Positions 31,321-36,151 of a stretch of DNA of 36,151 nucleotides are shown in pieces. The position numbers and the translations under genes were made by a program. The DNA lies in the NCBI GenBank assembly GCA_041492755.1, contig JBGPXN010000032.1, positions 1 through 36,151 on the forward strand, in the 5' to 3' direction. Each line of letters opens with the position of its first letter. Position 1 is the first letter of the stretch. The notes under the pieces are model-generated. The model saw nothing but the letters and a program-made list of their open reading frames with translations. It was not told the origin of the DNA and made no database searches. This DNA is from Candidatus Methylomirabilia bacterium. Lineage in GTDB: Bacteria; Methylomirabilota; Methylomirabilia; Rokubacteriales; CSP1-6.

Positions 31321-32654
31321 GCGCGCCGTCGCCGGCCCGCGTGACGGCGATCCGCGTGCTGGAGCGCGTCGAGACCGACGCGGCGTTCGCCGACCTCGCG
31401 CTCGACGCCGAGCTCGAGCGCCGCGCGCTGGCGCCGCGCGATCGCGCGTTGGCGACCGAGCTCGTGTACGGTACGCTGCGCTGGCAGCGCTATCTCGATT
31501 TCATCCTGCAGCCGCACTCGCGGCGCCGCCTCGAACGCCTCGACCCGCGTGTCCTCCTCATCCTGCGCTCGGCGGCGTACCAGATCGTCTTCCTGGAACG
31601 CGTGCCCGCGTTCGCCGCCGTCAGCGACGCGGTGACGCTCGCGCGCGGCAAGCCGCACGTGGCCGAGTTCGTCAACGCCGTGCTCCGCTCGTTCGCGCGC
31701 CGGGGCCGGCGCGAGCGTGAGCCCGCGCCACCCGCGGATCCCGTGGAGGCGCTCGCCCTGCGCGGATCGTTTCCCACGTGGCTGGCCGCGCGCTGGACGA
31801 GACGCTACGGCGCGGACGAGACCCGGGCCCTCATGGCCGCGCTGAACGACCGGCCGCCGCTCACGCTGCGCGCGAACACGCTGCGCACGACGCGGGAGGC
31901 GCTGGCCGAGCGGCTCCGGCGCGAGGATGGCGTCGAAAGTGAGCCGACCTCGTACGCGGGTGAAGGCCTGCGCGCCGATCATGCCGGTGGGCCGGCGACG
32001 TGGCGGGCGTTTGCCGACGGCGATTTCACCGTCCAGGACGAGGCGTCGATGCTCATCGGCAGCTTTCTGGCCCCGGCGCCCGGCGAGACGGTGGCGGACG
32101 TCTGCGCGGCGCCGGGAACGAAGACGACGCACCTCGCGCAGCTCATGGCCAACCAGGGACGCGTGCTGGCGTTCGATCCGCACCCCGCGCGGCTCCGACT
32201 GGTGGGCCAGGCGGCCACGCGGCTCGGCGTCGGCATCGTCACCACCGTAGGCGGCACCGTGGAGGCGCTGGCCCCGGGGTACCACGACGCGTGCGACGCG
32301 GTGCTCGTCGATGCGCCGTGCTCGAACCTGGGCGTGCTGCGCCGGAACCCCGAGGTCAAGTGGCGCCGGCAAGCGCGCGACATCGCGGCGGCGGCCACCC
32401 GCCAGCGCGCGATCCTGGCCGCGGCCGCGACGATGGTCCGGCCCGGCGGCCGACTCGTCTACGCCACCTGCTCGCTGGAGCCCGACGAGAACGATGACGT
32501 CGTGGGCGATTTCCTGGCGGCGCGCTCGGACTTCGTCCCCGATCCGCCGGCCGCGTTTCCCCTGCCGCTCGGGCCCGACGGCATCCTGCGCTGCCTGCCC
32601 CACCGTCATGGCACCGACGGCTTCACGGCGGCGCGACTGCGGCGAGCGTCCTGA
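31317..32654 (+). CDS. rsmB: 16S rRNA m5C967 methyltransferase
   Basis: NusB-like N-terminus, VQDEAS, DVCAAPG.KT, DAPCS, YATCS. Confidence 0.94.
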   Translation: MSAPSPARVTAIRVLERVETDAAFADLALDAELERRALAPRDRALATELVYGTLRWQRYLDFILQPHSRRRLERLDPRVLLILRSAAYQIVFLERVPAFAAVSDAVTLARGKPHVAEFVNAVLRSFARRGRREREPAPPADPVEALALRGSFPTWLAARWTRRYGADETRALMAALNDRPPLTLRANTLRTTREALAERLRREDGVESEPTSYAGEGLRADHAGGPATWRAFADGDFTVQDEASMLIGSFLAPAPGETVADVCAAPGTKTTHLAQLMANQGRVLAFDPHPARLRLVGQAATRLGVGIVTTVGGTVEALAPGYHDACDAVLVDAPCSNLGVLRRNPEVKWRRQARDIAAAATRQRAILAAAATMVRPGGRLVYATCSLEPDENDDVVGDFLAARSDFVPDPPAAFPLPLGPDGILRCLPHRHGTDGFTAARLRRAS

Positions 32655-32689
32655 GCGCCCGCCGCCCACTCGGTTCGCCGTCCGGGCCT

Positions 32690-32717
32690 TTGATTCGCCG
32701 TCGAGCCGGGGTATAAC
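32690..32717 (+). promoter_or_regulatory. Possible internal promoter for rpe
   Basis: TTGATT, 16-bp spacer, TATAAC; AAGGAG RBS downstream. Confidence 0.4.
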
Positions 32718-32746
32718 TTTCGCGCGGAACGAAGGAGCCGCCGTTC

Positions 32747-33397
32747 ATGAAGATTGCCCCGTCGATCCTGTCCGCCGACTTCGGCATCCTCGCCGAGGAG
32801 ATCGCCCGCGTGGAGGCCGCCGGGGCCGACCAGCTCCACATCGACGTCATGGACGGCCGCTTCGTCCCCAACATCACGATGGGATTCCTGGTGATCGAAG
32901 CCATCAAGAAGCGGACGAAGCTCCCGCTCGACCTGCACCTCATGATCGTCGAGCCCGAGCACTATCTCGAGCGTTTCGCGAAGGCGGGCGGCGACATGCT
33001 GACCGTGCACGTCGAGGCGTGTCCGCACCTGCAGCGCACGCTCACGTACATCCGCGAGCTCGGTGCCAAGGCCGGCGCCGCGCTGAATCCCTCGACGACC
33101 ACGCACGCGCTCGACCACGTCCTCGACGATCTCGATCTGGTCCTCATGATGGCGGTCAACCCCGGCTTCGGCGGCCAGTCGTTCATCCCGGCCGTGTACC
33201 CGAAGATCCGCCAGGTGCGGACGATGCTCGGCTCGCGCGGCACGGACATCTCCATCGACGGCGGCGTGAAGGTGGACAACGCGCGGCAGATCGCCCAGTG
33301 TGGCGCCTCGATCCTCGTCGCCGGCTCCGCCGTCTTCGAAGCGCCCGACCCCGGCAAGGTCGTGCGCGAGCTCAAGCACCTCGCGGACGGGACCTGA
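32747..33397 (+). CDS. rpe: Ribulose-phosphate 3-epimerase
   Basis: IAPSILSADF, HIDVMDG.FVPN, DLHLM, VNPGFGGQ, IDGG. Confidence 0.97.
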   Translation: MKIAPSILSADFGILAEEIARVEAAGADQLHIDVMDGRFVPNITMGFLVIEAIKKRTKLPLDLHLMIVEPEHYLERFAKAGGDMLTVHVEACPHLQRTLTYIRELGAKAGAALNPSTTTHALDHVLDDLDLVLMMAVNPGFGGQSFIPAVYPKIRQVRTMLGSRGTDISIDGGVKVDNARQIAQCGASILVAGSAVFEAPDPGKVVRELKHLADGT

Positions 33398-33422
33398 GCG
33401 GATCCGCGGCGGGGCCGGTCCG

Positions 33423-33950
33423 ATGCTGAGGCCGATTCGCCGGATCGTCACCGGTCACGACGCGCAGGGCAAATCGATCATCGTCAGAGACGGTCCTTCG
33501 CCGCATGCGCTCACGCTTCCCGGCCGCGACGATTTCGGGCTGACCAATCTTTGGGTCACCGATCGTTCGCCCGCGGACAACTCCGGCAACGCGGACGCCG
33601 CCGCGCGTCCGGTGGTGCTGGAGCCGCCGCCGGGCGGGAGCATCTTCCGCGTCGTCGAGTTTCCGCCGGACCGCCCCGGCGCCTTCGATCGCCAGGCGGC
33701 GTTCGATGCCATGGGCGCCGGGCACGCGATGGACGCCAGCGCCGCGCGCCATCCGGGGATGCACAAAACGGCGACGGTCGACTACGCGATCGTGCTGAGC
33801 GGGGAGATCTGGGCGGTCATGGACGAGGGCGAGACGCTGATGCGCGGCGGTGACGTGCTGGTGCAGCGCGGCACGAATCACGCGTGGAGCAACCGCAGCG
33901 ACCAGCCGTGCCTGGTCGCCTTCATCCTCGTCAGCGCCACGCCCGTGTGA
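33423..33950 (+). CDS. Cupin domain protein
   Basis: IRRIVTGHD..GKS, MHKTATVDY.IVLSGE, GDVLVQRGTNHAW.N; start ATG 33423. Confidence 0.88.
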   Translation: MLRPIRRIVTGHDAQGKSIIVRDGPSPHALTLPGRDDFGLTNLWVTDRSPADNSGNADAAARPVVLEPPPGGSIFRVVEFPPDRPGAFDRQAAFDAMGAGHAMDASAARHPGMHKTATVDYAIVLSGEIWAVMDEGETLMRGGDVLVQRGTNHAWSNRSDQPCLVAFILVSATPV

Positions 33951-34030
33951 AAACGGGCGAGCGGAGCGGTTGAAGGCCGACGCCGAGGGCCGGACGCCGG
34001 CCGGCGACGGGACGCGTGTGGTCGCGGCGG

Positions 34031-34438
34031 TCAGGACGCGCGCGCCGGCTGTTTGGCCGCGGTCACCGGCCCGAGCACGCGCTCGAGCTCGGCGCGGAAC
34101 GTCGCAAACTGGATGGGCTTCTCGAGGAAGATGAACCCGCGCCCGCGGATCTCGTCGGCCTGCACGGTATCGACCACGGCGCTGATGATGATCACCGGCA
34201 ACCCGGGCGTGCGCGCCCGGACAGCCTCGGCCACGCCCAGCCCGTCGAGTGGGCCCGGCATGACCAGATCGGTGAGGACGAGGTCATAGCCGCCCGCCTC
34301 CAACCGGGCCAGCCCGGTCTGCGGGTCGCCGACGGCGTCGGCTTCGTACCCGATGGCGGCCACGAAGTCGGCGAACAGCATGCGAACCCTCTCTTCGTCG
34401 TCGATCACGAGCACACGCGGCCGGCGTCCGGGTTCCAT
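34031..34438 (-). CDS. Single-domain response regulator (REC)
   Basis: VLVIDDE, LVLTDLVMPG..DG, IIIS, LEKP; ATG 34438 after GAGGG. Confidence 0.9.
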   Translation of the reverse strand: MEPGRRPRVLVIDDEERVRMLFADFVAAIGYEADAVGDPQTGLARLEAGGYDLVLTDLVMPGPLDGLGVAEAVRARTPGLPVIIISAVVDTVQADEIRGRGFIFLEKPIQFATFRAELERVLGPVTAAKQPARAS

Positions 34439-34503
34439 AGGCACTCCCTCAGCAAAGGTGAAATTCGAGGCGGGTCTCCAGCTCAGCGTCGTCGTCACTT
34501 CGC

Positions 34504-36151
34504 TCAGCATGACTCCCTCGCCTGGGTTCGGGTGACCCCGCCTCGTGAACGCGCGAGCAGCGGCAGCGTGATGAACATCATGGTGCCCTTGCCCGCCTCG
34601 CTGGCCGCTTCGAGGGTCCCGTCGTGGTTCTTGATGATGCCGAGGCTCACGGACAGACCGAGTCCGGTGCCGCGGCCGTCGACCTTGGTCGTGTAGAAGG
34701 GCTCGAAGATCCGCGCGAGCTGATCGGGAGCCATCCCGCTCCCGGTATCGGCCACGGTGATCACGATCGAGCCGATGTCGCGACGCAGCTCCGTCCGAAT
34801 GGAGAGGGTGCCGCCATCAGCCATAGCGTCGACGCTGTTTGAGATCAGGTTGATGAATACCTGCGTGAGCTGGTCGCCGTCGCCCAGGATGGCCGGCGCC
34901 TCCGCATCGAGCTCGGTCTTGACGTCGATGCCGCTCTTCCCGAGCCTGGTGTCGAGCAGGTCCAGCGAGCGCCGGATGAGGTCGTGCAGCGCCAGCGGCT
35001 CGCGCTTGGGCTCGCGCCGCCGGGCGAAGTCGAGCAGATCGCGGGTGATCTTGCCGGCCCGCATCGCCTCGGTTTCCATTCGCATGAGCCTCCGCTGGGC
35101 CCCCTCGTTGCCCTGGAGCTCGTGGATGAGCAGCTCGCTGTTGCCGAGGATCACGGTGAGCGGGTTGTTGATCTCGTGCGCAACGCTGGCGGCGAGCTCT
35201 CCGATGGCGGCCAGTTTGGCGGACTGGATGAGCTGCAGCTGCGTCTTCTGCAGCGCGTCCATCTGGCTCCGGAGGTCTTCGTACAGCCGCGCGTTCTTCA
35301 GCGCCACTGCGGTCTGCCCCACCAGCGCCACCAGCAGCTCGATCTCGGCGCCGCCGAAGACCTCGCCCGAGACCTTTTCACCGACGACGAGCACGGCGGC
35401 GATCTCGCCGTCCAGGAACAGGGGCGCGATCACCGCCACCCGGCCCGCCTCGAGCTGCGCGACCGCGGAGCGCATGCGCACGTCCGTCGCGGGCTGGTGC
35501 GCCAGCTCCTCCACCACGAGCGGGCGCTGCGTGAGCCGGATCCACGCGGCCAGCATCCCGTCCACCCCGATGGGCGCCGACGGCGCGTCCAGCGCGTTCG
35601 ACGTCGCCCGCGAGAACGGCAGGAACCCGACCCGGCCCGGCGCCTGCAGATGCAGGCTCGCGTGCATCACCGGCACCCGCGACACGAGCCCCTCCGTGAG
35701 CGTCTGCCCGAGCCGCTGCAGGTCCAGCACCGACGCCATGTCCTTGCTGAGCGCGATGAGGGCGTCCCGCACCCCGTGCTGCCGGGCGAACATCAAGCGC
35801 TCGAACCAGCGCTCGGCTCCCCGGAGGGCGGGCAGCACGGCGCCCAGCACCATGGCGAGCACGAAGACGTAGGGCAAGCTCACGTCGAGGCGGTGGGGCC
35901 CGGGGGTGACCTGATCGATCAGGTACAGCCCCCCCGCGAGCAGCACGCCGGCGCTGGCCACGGTCAGCAGATACAGCACGATCCGCTTGGCCACCATGCC
36001 GATGTCGAGCAGGCGGTAGCGGACGATGGCGATCCCGAGGGCCAGCGCGAAGACGGCGTTCGTGGGAATGCCGAGCGGGTAGATCCGCTCCAGCCCGGTG
36101 ACGACCCGGATGAAGTCGGTGAGCCCGCCCAGGATGCCGACGACGTTGCCG
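34504..36151 (-). CDS. Membrane sensor histidine kinase (TM-GAF-HisKA-HATPase), 5' end outside the window
   Basis: Frame open to the window edge (..YPLG...AIVRYRLLDI..); VAHEINNPL, QVFINLISNS, DTGSG, FEPFYTTK, GTGLGL. Confidence 0.92.
   Translation of the reverse strand, partial: GNVVGILGGLTDFIRVVTGLERIYPLGIPTNAVFALALGIAIVRYRLLDIGMVAKRIVLYLLTVASAGVLLAGGLYLIDQVTPGPHRLDVSLPYVFVLAMVLGAVLPALRGAERWFERLMFARQHGVRDALIALSKDMASVLDLQRLGQTLTEGLVSRVPVMHASLHLQAPGRVGFLPFSRATSNALDAPSAPIGVDGMLAAWIRLTQRPLVVEELAHQPATDVRMRSAVAQLEAGRVAVIAPLFLDGEIAAVLVVGEKVSGEVFGGAEIELLVALVGQTAVALKNARLYEDLRSQMDALQKTQLQLIQSAKLAAIGELAASVAHEINNPLTVILGNSELLIHELQGNEGAQRRLMRMETEAMRAGKITRDLLDFARRREPKREPLALHDLIRRSLDLLDTRLGKSGIDVKTELDAEAPAILGDGDQLTQVFINLISNSVDAMADGGTLSIRTELRRDIGSIVITVADTGSGMAPDQLARIFEPFYTTKVDGRGTGLGLSVSLGIIKNHDGTLEAASEAGKGTMMFITLPLLARSRGGVTRTQARESC

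Overview
High-GC bacterial chromosomal window. A Rokubacteria/Methylomirabilota-like origin is my inference from gene order and style, not a result. Left to right: (i) a partly decayed nitrogen-heterocycle/ureide catabolic cluster (amidohydrolase remnant, two tandem DUF1116 YlbE/YahG-type genes, SDR, racemase remnant, DUF1989 protein, cytosine-deaminase-like amidohydrolase, hybrid histidine kinase); (ii) a pyrimidine operon pyrR-pyrB-pyrC-carA-[orphan, toxin-antitoxin-like pair]-carB-pyrF-pyrE with a sigma70 promoter and a PyrR-binding leader covering the pyrR Shine-Dalgarno; (iii) a 171-bp element with ~38-bp terminal inverted repeats; (iv) a minus-strand block (collapsed ABC transporter, Tat-exported beta-carbonic anhydrase, membrane protein, cupin, MoxR-DUF58-transglutaminase); (v) a housekeeping operon yicC-remA-gmk-rpoZ-coaBC-udg-priA-def-fmt-rsmB-rpe plus a cupin; (vi) a convergent response regulator and a membrane sensor kinase cut by the window edge. 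Most unusual: a GC-rich double-hairpin repeat family found intergenically, in-frame inside pyrF (with 18-bp tandem amplification), and as an open frame exactly bridging the def stop to a CTG-initiated fmt; three core genes that appear to start at CTG; several genes collapsed to N-terminus/C-terminus remnants; and a PriA with degenerate helicase motifs. All calls were made by eye; no database searches were run.
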